A stretch of 64,000 nt of DNA, from the NCBI GenBank assembly GCA_938045815.1, contig CALIBI010000018.1, positions 11,027 through 75,026 of the forward strand. The letters run 5' to 3'. The DNA is from an uncultured Sulfolobales archaeon (GTDB lineage Archaea > Thermoproteota > Thermoprotei_A > Sulfolobales > NBVN01). The position numbers were made by a program, and so were the translations under genes. The number at the start of each line of letters is the position of its first letter. Within the stretch, counting starts at the first letter, position 1. Shown here piece by piece: positions 28,134 through 38,223 of the stretch. The notes beneath the pieces were generated by a model. That model saw only the letters and a list, made by a program, of their open reading frames with translations, was not told the origin of the DNA and did not search any database.

Positions 28134-29243
28134 ATGAAGTTGGATCTCCCCAGAGAAGAAGTTTTCTCGTTACTCAAGAGACTCTCTGATAGTGTAGGTC
28201 CGTCAGGTAATGAGGGTAGTGTTAGGGAGTTAGTTATAGATGAGATGAGGAGAGTAGCTGACGAGTTAAGGGTTGATACGTTAGGTAACGTGGTAGCTGT
28301 TAAGAAGGGGACTAGAGGCGGTGGTAAGCTGATGCTTGCTGCACACATGGATGAGATAGGGTTGTTCGTATCGCACATAGATGAGAGAGGGTTCTTGAGA
28401 ATACTCCCTATAGGAGGGGTTCCAGAGAGATCGCTAGTTTATCAGAGAGTCCTGATCAAGACCAGAGACGGGAGAATCTATAGGGGCGTGATAGGTCTGA
28501 AACCCCCTCACGTGATAAAGCCTGAAGAGCTCCGCCAAGTACCTGAGATGAAGGAGTTCTTCGTAGACATAGGTGCTTCCTCTAGGGAGGAAGTTCTTAG
28601 CATGGGTGTTAGGGTAGGTGATATAGCGGTTTTTGACAGAGAGTTAAGTGTGTTGACCGGGGATAGAGTTACGGGTAAAGCGATAGACGATAGAGTGGGT
28701 CTAGCAGTCATGCTGAAATCTTTTGAAGTTATTGAGTCAGCAGAACTTGATGTGTACGCGGTAGCGACTGTTCAGGAGGAGGTGGGGCTCAAAGGTGCTG
28801 AGGTAGCAGCATACTCAATAACGCCTGACGTAGCTCTGGCCCTAGACGTAACGATAGCGAGCGATTTCCCAGGAGTCTCAGAACATGAATGGTGTACCCA
28901 ACTAGGTAAAGGACCCGCTATAAAAGTTGCTGACGGCAGGTCTGCTTCAGGACTAATAGCACACCCAGAAATAGTCAAGATGCTGGTGAAGACTGCTGAA
29001 GAATCAGGAATACCGTACCAGATGGAAGTCTTAGCGGGAGGAACAACAGATGCTTCAGTCATAGCTCTAAATAAGGAGGGAGTGCCTGCAGGCGTGATCT
29101 CGATACCCTCACGATACATACACTCACCAGTCGAGGTAATAGATCTTAAAGACGTGCTAAACGCTATCAAGCTAACTAAAGCATTCGCAGAGAAAACTAC
29201 ACACGAGTGGGTTAGTTCACTGAAGGAACGTAGAATCAAGTAA
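28134..29243 (+). CDS. M42-family aminopeptidase (TET/FrvX-like)
   Basis: GPSGNE...D.LGNVVA, AAHMDEIGLFV, GKAIDDRVG, VQEEVGLKGA, IPSRYIHSP. Canonical M42 blocks. Confidence 0.9.
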   Translation: MKLDLPREEVFSLLKRLSDSVGPSGNEGSVRELVIDEMRRVADELRVDTLGNVVAVKKGTRGGGKLMLAAHMDEIGLFVSHIDERGFLRILPIGGVPERSLVYQRVLIKTRDGRIYRGVIGLKPPHVIKPEELRQVPEMKEFFVDIGASSREEVLSMGVRVGDIAVFDRELSVLTGDRVTGKAIDDRVGLAVMLKSFEVIESAELDVYAVATVQEEVGLKGAEVAAYSITPDVALALDVTIASDFPGVSEHEWCTQLGKGPAIKVADGRSASGLIAHPEIVKMLVKTAEESGIPYQMEVLAGGTTDASVIALNKEGVPAGVISIPSRYIHSPVEVIDLKDVLNAIKLTKAFAEKTTHEWVSSLKERRIK

Positions 29244-29354
29244 CGAAACAACGTAGACTGAATCTTGTACTGGGATATACTCCTAAACCTAGGTTTACAT
29301 TTTTAACGCAACACCTTTTTAACCTACTAACAAAAACTTTTCAGGTGCTTCGTA

Positions 29355-30068
29355 ATGTATAAGTTTAGTAAAACTAAGCTACAGAATATGGTCGGGTATG
29401 CTTTAATCCCTGAAGGACTTAAGACTTACCCAGGTCTTGTTGTTCTGCACGCATTTAACCAAACCCCTGAAGCAATCTACGAGATAGCCAGGAGGTTTGC
29501 TGAGTCAGGAATCTTAGTCTTTGCTCCGAGATATACTGATGCAAGCGATGGCGTCGTAGTTTCCGTGAACGCGTTAAGAAGTCTTAAGTCGTTTAAGGGT
29601 GTTGACCCGTCCAGAATAGGTATTTTCGGTATATCTCTTGGAGGCACCGTAGCACTACTAGCGTCTACACAAGAACCTGTTAGTTTTGTTATTGACGTTG
29701 GTGGGTGGGTAGACCTAGCAGATCTCTATAACCACCTCTCCAAGTTCCCTACAGGAACGCCGCAGAGGTACATAGCTGAGTTAGTCAAATCAACTATAGG
29801 AACTCCTGAGGAGAGCGCAGAGATATACACCCTCTCAAGTCCTATAACCTACGCGGAAAAAGTTACTGGTAAGGTCTTAATAATACATGGGGGTAAAGAC
29901 TCCATGGTTCCTGTAGCACAGTCTCAGAAATTGCTCGAGAAACTAAGTGAACACAATATTGAAGCTAAGCTAGAGATAATTGAGGATGCTGACTATCTCT
30001 TTAGAGAGAAGGAAGAAGAGCTAGTAAGGATTTGTCTGGAATTCTTGAGGAATCATAAAATAATCTAG
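29355..30068 (+). CDS. Alpha/beta hydrolase (dienelactone hydrolase / S9-like)
   Basis: Nucleophile elbow GIFGISLGG and a C-terminal LIIHGGKDSMVP. Confidence 0.75.
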   Translation: MYKFSKTKLQNMVGYALIPEGLKTYPGLVVLHAFNQTPEAIYEIARRFAESGILVFAPRYTDASDGVVVSVNALRSLKSFKGVDPSRIGIFGISLGGTVALLASTQEPVSFVIDVGGWVDLADLYNHLSKFPTGTPQRYIAELVKSTIGTPEESAEIYTLSSPITYAEKVTGKVLIIHGGKDSMVPVAQSQKLLEKLSEHNIEAKLEIIEDADYLFREKEEELVRICLEFLRNHKII

Positions 30069-30165
30069 TCATGAAATCTTGCAAGCTCTAACGAAAAATG
30101 TTTACATATGATAACATAACTATTTTTAGCTGTTTAATCTTATTAAACGTGAGGTGCTATAGGAG

Positions 30166-31521
30166 TTGAAACCATCCACATTAATGGCTATGTTAGTTAT
30201 ACTCATAGTGGTAGCAGGTGTTGTTGGATTCTTAGCAGGTCAGATGACAGTACCTCCTAGCGGACCCGCCACCACACTCATCACTACACAAACAATAACT
30301 CGGACCGTAACGTCTTACGTGACAGAATCACCTACACCCACGACTACACCAGGTTTCATCGGTACTGTTAAGATAGGAGCTCTATTACCATTAAACCTGC
30401 CGATTGGTCAGATGATGCTTAACGCTATTCTGATGGCTGTCGAGGAGATTAATGCAGAGGGAGGTGTGTTAGGTTATAAGATAGAGGTAGTTACTTATGA
30501 TACCGAATGGAGCGGTGATAAAGCTAATGCAGGCTACAGGTATCTTGCTGAACAGGGTGTAAAAGTGATTGTGGGTGTGTTCGCTTCTCACGAAGCATTA
30601 GCTATAATGGATCTACTCCAGCTTTATGAAGTCCCGGTGATTGCTTCAGGAGCAGTTAGTGACGTGATAGATGAGATGGTTCTTCAGAATTATGACGCGT
30701 ATAAGTACTGGTTTAGAGCGTACGTTAACGCAACTTCTCAAGCAGCCGCAACCTGGGATCTCCTAGCTTACCTTTCCAGGAGGTTTGGCTGGACTAAGAT
30801 AGCGTGGATTTACGAGGACTTACCATGGGTTATACCGCACGCAATTTATGGGCAGAACAGGTCTGCTCAGGAGGGTGTGGAGATAGTTTATGTTAAAGGG
30901 GTCCCGACAGACATAGGGTCCTTCACAGACATATTTGCTCAAGCAATAGCTTCAGGCGCGCAATACATAACGTGGCAATTCTCAGGTACTGAGGACTACG
31001 TGTTTGCGAGAGACTACAGTTTAGGTCAGGTGCCGCTCCTAGCTGTTGGGGGAGGTACTTTTGCAATGCTTGAAGCCTTCTATAATCAGACTTTCGGTGC
31101 TGCTGAAGGACTGATATGTATTTCTTGGGGATTCCCAATACCGATAACCGAGAAAACCATGAGTTTCTACAACAAATACAAGAATAAGTATGGAACTGAG
31201 CCATTATTCACTACCTGGTATGCCTACGACTCAGTCTATATATGGGTTGAAGCAGTAAGGAAAGCAAATAGCTTCGACGTAAATGCAGTAATTAATGCTC
31301 TAGAAACTAATGTGTTTGTAGGAACTGCAGGAGTTTACGAATTTACTAGGAGTCACACGTCACTCCTAGCACCGAATAGAATATATCCCATATACTTCCA
31401 GTGGCAGGGAGGAAAGAGAGTGGTTGTGTGGCCTTTCAGAGTAGTAGAGTCTGGAACAAGATTGCTACTACCAGAACTAGTTGACGGTACGAGGGTTTGG
31501 AGATCCATACCATGGCCGTAG
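30166..31521 (+). CDS. ABC transporter substrate-binding protein, LivK/branched-chain amino acid type (Peripla_BP_6)
   Basis: Membrane anchor plus Thr/Pro-rich linker, then KIGALLPL...AVEEINAEGGVLGYKIEVVTYD and GVKVIVG. First gene of a livHMGF-like operon. Confidence 0.85.
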   Translation: MKPSTLMAMLVILIVVAGVVGFLAGQMTVPPSGPATTLITTQTITRTVTSYVTESPTPTTTPGFIGTVKIGALLPLNLPIGQMMLNAILMAVEEINAEGGVLGYKIEVVTYDTEWSGDKANAGYRYLAEQGVKVIVGVFASHEALAIMDLLQLYEVPVIASGAVSDVIDEMVLQNYDAYKYWFRAYVNATSQAAATWDLLAYLSRRFGWTKIAWIYEDLPWVIPHAIYGQNRSAQEGVEIVYVKGVPTDIGSFTDIFAQAIASGAQYITWQFSGTEDYVFARDYSLGQVPLLAVGGGTFAMLEAFYNQTFGAAEGLICISWGFPIPITEKTMSFYNKYKNKYGTEPLFTTWYAYDSVYIWVEAVRKANSFDVNAVINALETNVFVGTAGVYEFTRSHTSLLAPNRIYPIYFQWQGGKRVVVWPFRVVESGTRLLLPELVDGTRVWRSIPWP

Positions 31522-31531
31522 GCTGGTTGAG

Positions 31532-32392
31532 ATGGACATTGATATCTACAAGTATATACTTATTTTTAGTATATTTCATTCTTCAACCTACCTTATGTTT
31601 TCCCTAGGTTTCTCTATGTTGTTTGGTGTGGCTAAGATACCTAATCTTGCTTACGGCTCTCTCTACATTTTTTCTTCATACGTTGTGTATTCTCTCATGA
31701 CATACTTAGGTCTAGAACAAGTAGTAGCTGCTTTAATAGCTGTGTCAGCTGCGGGATTAATGAGTCTGTTGATAGGAGAAGCCGTGGTTAGGCCGGCTTT
31801 GAAAATGCCTGTAAGTATATTCATAACTACCTTAGCTGTTGCGTATATTTTTGAGGAATTTTTCCGTATTGAGATGGGTTTGAAGCCAATAACCTTACCA
31901 CTATATCCGGGCGTAACTTACGTCCTAGGAGTTCCAGTAAGTAATCACTGGTTCCTAGTTCTTGTGGCTAGCTCACTCATGTTCTCTCTGCTGGTAGCTT
32001 TCTTGAAGTACACTGTCTTGGGGAGGTCTATAAGAGCTGTTGCTGAGAGCTGGGAAGAGTCAAGACGTTTAGGTATAAATCCGCTGAAGGTCTTGAGAGT
32101 AGCTTTCTTCGTGTCGGGGATTTACGCTGGTGCTACTGGAGTTTTGCTAACTCCTCTTAAAGCCTTAACACCTACTGCTGGCTGGGGACCTCTCTTCACG
32201 GCTTTTGCTATAGTTGCCTTAGGGGGTGTTGGAAGTGTATCAGGTACTTTAATAGCTTCTTTCGTTTACGGTTTTCTTGAGCAGACAATGACTTACATTT
32301 TAGGGGGTGGAATAGCTAGTATATCACCCCTCATACTGATAATTCTGGTATTGGTCTTCAGACCTCAAGGCATTATGGGGAGGGTAGAGTAG
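31532..32392 (+). CDS. livH: Branched-chain amino acid-type ABC permease (LivH-like)
   Basis: BPD_transp_2-type membrane protein. LGRSIRAVAES.E.SRRLGIN is typical of LivH. ATG at 31532 just after the SBP stop. Confidence 0.85.
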   Translation: MDIDIYKYILIFSIFHSSTYLMFSLGFSMLFGVAKIPNLAYGSLYIFSSYVVYSLMTYLGLEQVVAALIAVSAAGLMSLLIGEAVVRPALKMPVSIFITTLAVAYIFEEFFRIEMGLKPITLPLYPGVTYVLGVPVSNHWFLVLVASSLMFSLLVAFLKYTVLGRSIRAVAESWEESRRLGINPLKVLRVAFFVSGIYAGATGVLLTPLKALTPTAGWGPLFTAFAIVALGGVGSVSGTLIASFVYGFLEQTMTYILGGGIASISPLILIILVLVFRPQGIMGRVE

Positions 32393-32393
32393 G

Positions 32394-33407
32394 GTGGTTT
32401 TCGCTAAACGTAGTACTAAAGACTTAATTATTGGTAAGACACCCTTCTTTGCTGTGTTGGCTGGGTTAACTCTACTGCCTCTTCTAGGTGTTGGTGGGTA
32501 TTGGCTTGATGTGCTAACTAAGGTTAATCTCTTCTTGCTGGTGACATTAGCGATTGACTTATACTCCGGAACAACATACTACCTCAATCTAGGAGTTTCG
32601 TTTACTTTCGGGTTCGCTGGCTACGCTCTAGCGTTACTGAACATATATTACGGTATACCGATCGAGTACTCAATATTTCTGGCTGTACCTATCTCGGTAT
32701 TTTTTAGCTTGGTTATATTGCTGCCTAGTCTTAGAATTAGGGGGGTTTATTTCGCTATATTGTCTCTCCTCATACCAATAGTTTTCATAGGGATAGTTAC
32801 TGCTCAGCCATTCTCTCTCTACCTAGGTGGTGAGGGTGGTTTAAGATACAAGCAATTATTCCTAGACTTCGCTAGGAGCTTACCACCCGGTATCAGACTA
32901 ACCTTCCTTCAGTATTCTTACTACTATATCTCGTTGGTAGCGGCGGTAATCGGATACTTGATAGCATACAAGATAGGTTTCTCAGAGTTTGGCTTCATGT
33001 TGAGAGCTGTAGGGCAGGACGAGGAATTAGCTGAGAGTGTTGGAATAAACACTCTTAAGGTGAAGGTAATCGGGTACTTAATATCCAGCATGTACGTGAG
33101 TGTTGCTGGAGCACTCTACGCGTCTATGAGATCCCCCGTAACAGTTGACCTGGTCGTGCCAGCAAACACCTTAGTACCTCCCCTCACGTCAGCCATCGTG
33201 GGTGGGTTAGGAACTATAATAGGGCCTGCTATAGCTAATTACATGCTTCTACTAACTTACGAATCATTGTGGGGATTGATAGGTAGGTGGAGAGTAATAG
33301 TCTACATGCTTCTACTCATAACTATAGTAGTGATTAAGCCTCAAGGACTCGTCTTCAGGATCTACCTAGACTTGAAGAAACGTTTAAGGGGTGTTCTACT
33401 TGAGTGA
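32394..33407 (+). CDS. livM: Branched-chain amino acid-type ABC permease (LivM-like)
   Basis: The polytopic FGFMLRAVGQDEELAESVGIN motif is typical of LivM. Adjacent to livH, livG and livF. Confidence 0.85.
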   Translation: MVFAKRSTKDLIIGKTPFFAVLAGLTLLPLLGVGGYWLDVLTKVNLFLLVTLAIDLYSGTTYYLNLGVSFTFGFAGYALALLNIYYGIPIEYSIFLAVPISVFFSLVILLPSLRIRGVYFAILSLLIPIVFIGIVTAQPFSLYLGGEGGLRYKQLFLDFARSLPPGIRLTFLQYSYYYISLVAAVIGYLIAYKIGFSEFGFMLRAVGQDEELAESVGINTLKVKVIGYLISSMYVSVAGALYASMRSPVTVDLVVPANTLVPPLTSAIVGGLGTIIGPAIANYMLLLTYESLWGLIGRWRVIVYMLLLITIVVIKPQGLVFRIYLDLKKRLRGVLLE

Positions 33408-34125
33408 GATCCTCAAGTGTGAGGAGATAACTAAGAGGTTTGGAGGACTTACGGCACTCAATAAAGTAAGCTTCAACGTTGTTAAGGGAGAGATATTCGG
33501 CATCATAGGTCCTAATGGCTCGGGCAAAACCACCCTACTAAATGTCATTACGGGACTCCTAAAACCTGATGGTGGGAGAATAATGCTGGACGGTACAGAC
33601 ATAACTAAACTCGAGCCTCACAAGAGAGTGAAGTTAGGTATAGCGAGAATGTTTCAGGGAATGAGGGTATTTCCTTATCTCCCCGTATACCTCAACGTAG
33701 AACTCGTGGCTAGGGCTGTTTACAACAACGCTAGACTAGCTAGAGCGAAAACTTCTTGGGCTCTCACGATGAGTGGGTTACTGCCTGAAGCAGCAGAACT
33801 ACCGATAAAACTAACACCATATAAACTGAGGATGCTTGAGTTTGCTAGAATCTTAGTTTCTAACCCTAAGATTGCTTTACTTGATGAACCCTTCGCCGGA
33901 CTCGAGTCCAGCGAAGCTGAATCAATGATAGACTTAATAAAGAAATTCAATTCTCTAGGCATTACCTTCATAATAATAGAACACAGGTTAAGATACTTGA
34001 TGAAAATAGCTAATAGAGTAATGGTTCTTAATCAAGGAGTAAAAATAGCTGAAGGGAAGCCGGAAGAAGTGGTCAAGAATCCTCAAGTCATTGAGGTCTA
34101 CTTCGGGGGCGAGACGAGGAAATGA
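33391..34125 (+). CDS. livG: ABC ATP-binding protein (LivG-like)
   Basis: Walker A GPNGSGKTT, FGGLTAL..VSF, Walker B ALLDEPFAGL, IIIEHRL. Confidence 0.9.
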   Translation: MFYLSEILKCEEITKRFGGLTALNKVSFNVVKGEIFGIIGPNGSGKTTLLNVITGLLKPDGGRIMLDGTDITKLEPHKRVKLGIARMFQGMRVFPYLPVYLNVELVARAVYNNARLARAKTSWALTMSGLLPEAAELPIKLTPYKLRMLEFARILVSNPKIALLDEPFAGLESSEAESMIDLIKKFNSLGITFIIIEHRLRYLMKIANRVMVLNQGVKIAEGKPEEVVKNPQVIEVYFGGETRK

Positions 34126-34829
34126 CCAATGTTCTTGAAATCAAAAACCTTAAATCGGGTTATGGTCAAGTCTTAATCCTAAACGGAGTGAGTCTTTTCG
34201 TAAGAGATAACGAGACCGTCGGTATTATAGGTCCTAACGGAGCAGGCAAAACAACCCTGCTTAAAACTATACTAGGATACTTAAAACCCTGGAGCGGTGA
34301 AATAGTCTATTTAGGTAAAAGAATAGAAGGCATGAGTACTGAGAAGGTAGTGCTGCTCGGCATAGGTTATGTACCGGAGAGAGGCGGAATCCTGAAGACA
34401 CTCACAGTAAGAGAAAATATAGAATTAGTTGCTGGGATCTTTAAAGAAAGCTCAGAGAAATTGAGAGAGCTCCGTAAACTCTTCCCCGTAATTGACGAGA
34501 GGGCTTCTCAGGTAGCGGGAACGTTGAGCGGTGGTGAACAGAAAATCCTCTCCATAGTTCTAGGATTATTAACTGCTAAGAAATTACTCATAATGGATGA
34601 GCCGTCTGCTGGATTAGCCCCAGCAATTAGAAAGAAATTCTCAGGTCTCCTTAAGACAGTCGCTACAGAATTAGGACTCTCGCTACTCATTGCGGAGCAA
34701 GACCCCAGCTTAGTAGCTGACCTGGCGAATACTGTATACGTCATGGAGAGAGGGAACATCATGCGAAGCGGGAAACCAGAGGAACTAGTAAGAGTAGAAG
34801 TCTTGAGAGAGCACTACTTAGGATTTTAG
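34122..34829 (+). CDS. livF: ABC ATP-binding protein (LivF-like)
   Basis: Walker A GPNGAGKTT, signature LSGGEQKIL, Walker B LIMDEPSAGLAP. ATGA coupling to livG. Confidence 0.9.
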   Translation: MTNVLEIKNLKSGYGQVLILNGVSLFVRDNETVGIIGPNGAGKTTLLKTILGYLKPWSGEIVYLGKRIEGMSTEKVVLLGIGYVPERGGILKTLTVRENIELVAGIFKESSEKLRELRKLFPVIDERASQVAGTLSGGEQKILSIVLGLLTAKKLLIMDEPSAGLAPAIRKKFSGLLKTVATELGLSLLIAEQDPSLVADLANTVYVMERGNIMRSGKPEELVRVEVLREHYLGF

Positions 34830-35012
34830 AACACCATTTCCTACTACACCTTACTTAGATCAATACACAAGACGTATTGCTTAGGCAAAGAACCTAACTC
34901 GTTATTGTTGTAGGCAGGAAAGCTAATCAAATCACTTAATTCTTCACAGCTTGATTTACTCTGTTAACATTAGCTTACTTTAAGTTTAACATAATTATTT
35001 TTAGGTGAGTTA

Positions 35013-36002
35013 ATGAGGGAGAGACATGTCAAGATAGTTTCGACAGGTATCTATGTTCCGCCAATAACTATGACTCCTGAAGAGTTTGAGATGAAGACAG
35101 GTATTAAGATAGACCCAGTATTTATGGAGAGGACAGGACTTAAAGTAAAGAGGATTGCTCCTCCTGAAGAAACTCCCGCAACTATGGCTGCTAAAGCGGC
35201 TGAGATGGCGTTAGAGAGAGCTAAGATGACTATAGATGATATTGATTTAATAATCGTGGGTACCGACACCCCCGAAGCAATATCACCACCTACTGCGCCT
35301 AAGGTTCAAGCACTACTTAATGGCAGTAAAAGAGAAATACCTGCTTTCGATGTCAACGCATCCTGCGCGAACCCGGCGTACATGCTAGAGTTAGGTACTT
35401 CCATGATTAAAGGTAGTAGCAAGTACAGGAACGTGTTGCTTGTAGGGACATACGCCATGACGAGATTCTTGAGGTGGAGGTTTATGTGGGAATGGATATT
35501 CTCTGACGGTGCTGGTGCAGTAATACTTTCTGAGTCCGAGGAACCTGGCTACTTAGCAAGCAAGTTAAGAGCTGACGGGACTTTCTGGGACTACTGGGGT
35601 ATCTTCATGGGGGCTTGGAAGCCTATATCTGAGCAGGTGTCTGATGACACGCTCCCATATCTAGATCTAAGAAGAACCTACCCTCCAGTCAACGATCAAT
35701 TCTGGCCTGTACTAATTAAGAATGTCATGGATCAAGCTAACATATCTTTAGATGACATAACACAAGTAATCTATACTCAAGTAAGACTCAAGACGATATT
35801 GGATGTCACCAGGTCTCTAGGTCTTCCGGAGAGCCGAACGCACTGGGTAATGGATAAATACGGCTACACAGGCTCAGCATGCATATATATGGCTCTACAC
35901 GATGCTTTAGAGCAAGGCAAGGTGGAGAGAGGCAAGGTCGTCATTTTTGTTGCTTCAGGAGTTGGTTATCAGCAAGGCGCCATAGCTTTTAGATGGATCT
36001 AA
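35013..36002 (+). CDS. KASIII (FabH)-like thiolase-fold enzyme that keeps the active-site Cys but lacks the His/Asn of the triad
   Basis: Aligns by eye along its whole length with E. coli FabH: PAFDVNASCANPAY versus PAFDVAAACAGFTY (Cys112 kept), IYTQVRLKTI versus VPHQANLRII (His244 becomes Thr), and KYGYTGSAC versus RHGNTSAAS (Asn274 becomes Tyr). Confidence 0.8.
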   Translation: MRERHVKIVSTGIYVPPITMTPEEFEMKTGIKIDPVFMERTGLKVKRIAPPEETPATMAAKAAEMALERAKMTIDDIDLIIVGTDTPEAISPPTAPKVQALLNGSKREIPAFDVNASCANPAYMLELGTSMIKGSSKYRNVLLVGTYAMTRFLRWRFMWEWIFSDGAGAVILSESEEPGYLASKLRADGTFWDYWGIFMGAWKPISEQVSDDTLPYLDLRRTYPPVNDQFWPVLIKNVMDQANISLDDITQVIYTQVRLKTILDVTRSLGLPESRTHWVMDKYGYTGSACIYMALHDALEQGKVERGKVVIFVASGVGYQQGAIAFRWI

Positions 36003-36080
36003 ACATTTCCTCAAAGTTATCAATGTTAACTACCACTATTATCTAGTTCCTAAACAAATTTTTCGAGGAGAGTATAGAGC

Positions 36081-37373
36081 ATGGTAGCAGACAATGTCTT
36101 AAGTAGTATCATTAAGATTAGTAAGAAGCCCGCTCCTCTACTAGTACCTCAGTCTTTCGGTCCCTTGAGTGGGGTAAGAATAGTTTCATCAGGTATTTTG
36201 ATCGCGGAGCCTTTCGCAGCTTACTTAGCTGCTCTTTGGGGAGCTGAAGTAATACATGTTGAAAGACCTGGTGGAGACACCTACAGACATTCACCGCCTT
36301 TTATAGAGCACGAAGGGAGAAAAGTCAATACTTGGTGGGCGCAAGAAAGACGCAACATGTTGTCGATAGTCCTAAACCTTAAGTCGGAACGCGGGAAGGA
36401 GATATTCTTTAAGTTACTGAAGCAAGCCGATATATGGATGGAGAGCTCTATGCCGGGTACTTACGAGAAGCTAGGCATAACTGACGATGTAGTACATAAG
36501 GTAAACCCAGAATTAACTATAGTGCATATCTCAGGATTCGGTCATTCGGGGGACGAAAAATATTTAGGCCTCCCAGCATACGATGCTGTAGCTGCTGCTT
36601 TCAGCGGTTGGATGAGCTTAAACGGCTTCCCGGAAACACCCCCCTATAAACCGTTCCCGTACACAGGGGATTACTTGACGGCGCTTCACGCGCTTTCAGC
36701 CGCTCTTGCCGGGTATATACACGCTAAGAAGACCGGTAAGGGGATCTCAATAGATGTAGCTCAGTTTGAAGCAATCGCAAACACTTTTGGCGGTCTCTGG
36801 ATACAGACAATCGAACTAGGTGATACACCAACTAGAAGAGGAAATAAAGATATCTACTTCCAGCCATACGACATATTCAAGACATTAAATGATGAGTACG
36901 TCTTCATAGGTGCTTTAGGTTATGACGTATTCAAGAGACTCTGCAACGCGCTTGGTATAGATTTTGATGAGTGGAAAGATATTCATTACGCGCCCGGAAT
37001 GCATACAGAGAAAGGAAGGGTTTTTGATTCTATACTAAGGGAATGGGTAGCTAAAAAGACCACTGACGAGGTGATCGAGATTCTCAAGAAACATAACGTG
37101 CCTTGCTTCAAGGTATACACTCTTAAGGACGTCTTAAAAGACCCACACTACAATGCCAGGAAAGACTTCATAGAATGGTTTGACGAGAGTCTCAAGAAAA
37201 ACATTAGTGGTTGGGGTATAGTACCTAAATTCAGGATGAGTGAGGAACCAAGGATCTGGAGAGGCTCTCCAAGACTAGGTCAAGACGCGAGACTAATCCT
37301 GAGTAAGTTACTTGACTACATGGCGGATGAGGTAGAGGAACTAATCAAGAATAATGATGTGTGTTGTGAGTGA
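36081..37373 (+). CDS. Family III CoA-transferase (CaiB/BaiF/Frc type)
   Basis: GPLSGVRIVSSGILIAEPFAAYLAALWGAEVIHVERPGGDTYR and LPAYDAVAAAFSGWMSLNG are the family III N-terminal and catalytic-Asp regions. 430 aa. Confidence 0.85.
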   Translation: MVADNVLSSIIKISKKPAPLLVPQSFGPLSGVRIVSSGILIAEPFAAYLAALWGAEVIHVERPGGDTYRHSPPFIEHEGRKVNTWWAQERRNMLSIVLNLKSERGKEIFFKLLKQADIWMESSMPGTYEKLGITDDVVHKVNPELTIVHISGFGHSGDEKYLGLPAYDAVAAAFSGWMSLNGFPETPPYKPFPYTGDYLTALHALSAALAGYIHAKKTGKGISIDVAQFEAIANTFGGLWIQTIELGDTPTRRGNKDIYFQPYDIFKTLNDEYVFIGALGYDVFKRLCNALGIDFDEWKDIHYAPGMHTEKGRVFDSILREWVAKKTTDEVIEILKKHNVPCFKVYTLKDVLKDPHYNARKDFIEWFDESLKKNISGWGIVPKFRMSEEPRIWRGSPRLGQDARLILSKLLDYMADEVEELIKNNDVCCE

Positions 37374-37374
37374 A

Positions 37375-38199
37375 ATGCCTTACAGAAGAATCAATGATGT
37401 AGAAATTTACTACGAAGACCACGGCTCCGGAGAACCTGTCGTACTGCTTAACGGTATATTCATGAATACTAAGAGCTGGTATTTGCAGTTAAAGCCTCTA
37501 GTAAGTAGAGGTTACAGAGTAGTACTACATGATATGAGAGGTCAGTGGAGTTCAGGAAAGCCTGATTGCGCTAGTTGTTACGGTCTAGAGATTCACGCTG
37601 ATGATCTTAAGCACCTCCTAGACGAACTTAACATTAAGAAAGCACATATTATCGGTACTTCGTACGGTGGTGAGGTCGGGATGTATTTCACGATTAAGTA
37701 CCCGGAATACGTAAACGATTTAACGCTGATAGCTTCAGTTAGTGAGGTACATGAGGAATTAAGGATTACAGCTCTGAGATGGTTAGAGGGAGCACTAAGT
37801 AACGATCCTAGAAAGTTTGTTCTTTCATGGATTAACGACGTCTACTCAGACTCGTTCATAGTTAAGTCAGGTCCTCAGCTGCTTGAGAGACTAGTAGGTC
37901 TGTACTCTAGTGGGTTTGACTTCAGGAGTGCTGCGTACCTACTCAAAGCATTCCTTAAGTTGATTGAGGAACCGCTAACGCCGAGACTGAGAAACATAAG
38001 TCAGCCAACACTAGTAATAGCTGCTGAGAAAGACAGGGTTAAGCCTCCTAAATATTCAGAGATAATAGCTAGGAACATCACAAACTCAACCTACACGATA
38101 GTTGGTGATGCTGGTCACGCAGTAGTGATAGAGAAACCTGCAATCATTAACTACTTACTGATTGGATTTCTGTATAGCCATCCAATAAGTACTGCTTGA
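37375..38199 (+). CDS. Alpha/beta-fold hydrolase
   Basis: VVLLNGIFMN, nucleophile elbow IIGTSYGG, and a C-terminal GDAGHAVVIEKP. The ORF overlaps the end of the CoA-transferase gene. Confidence 0.8.
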   Translation: MPYRRINDVEIYYEDHGSGEPVVLLNGIFMNTKSWYLQLKPLVSRGYRVVLHDMRGQWSSGKPDCASCYGLEIHADDLKHLLDELNIKKAHIIGTSYGGEVGMYFTIKYPEYVNDLTLIASVSEVHEELRITALRWLEGALSNDPRKFVLSWINDVYSDSFIVKSGPQLLERLVGLYSSGFDFRSAAYLLKAFLKLIEEPLTPRLRNISQPTLVIAAEKDRVKPPKYSEIIARNITNSTYTIVGDAGHAVVIEKPAIINYLLIGFLYSHPISTA

Positions 38200-38223
38200 G
38201 ATTTCTAAGATCTCTTGACGTAC

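Noticed and set aside
28772-29251. 159-aa minus-strand ORF
   Set aside because: It is fully antisense to the well-supported M42 peptidase gene. The Ser/Thr/Ala-rich translation is typical of a shadow frame.
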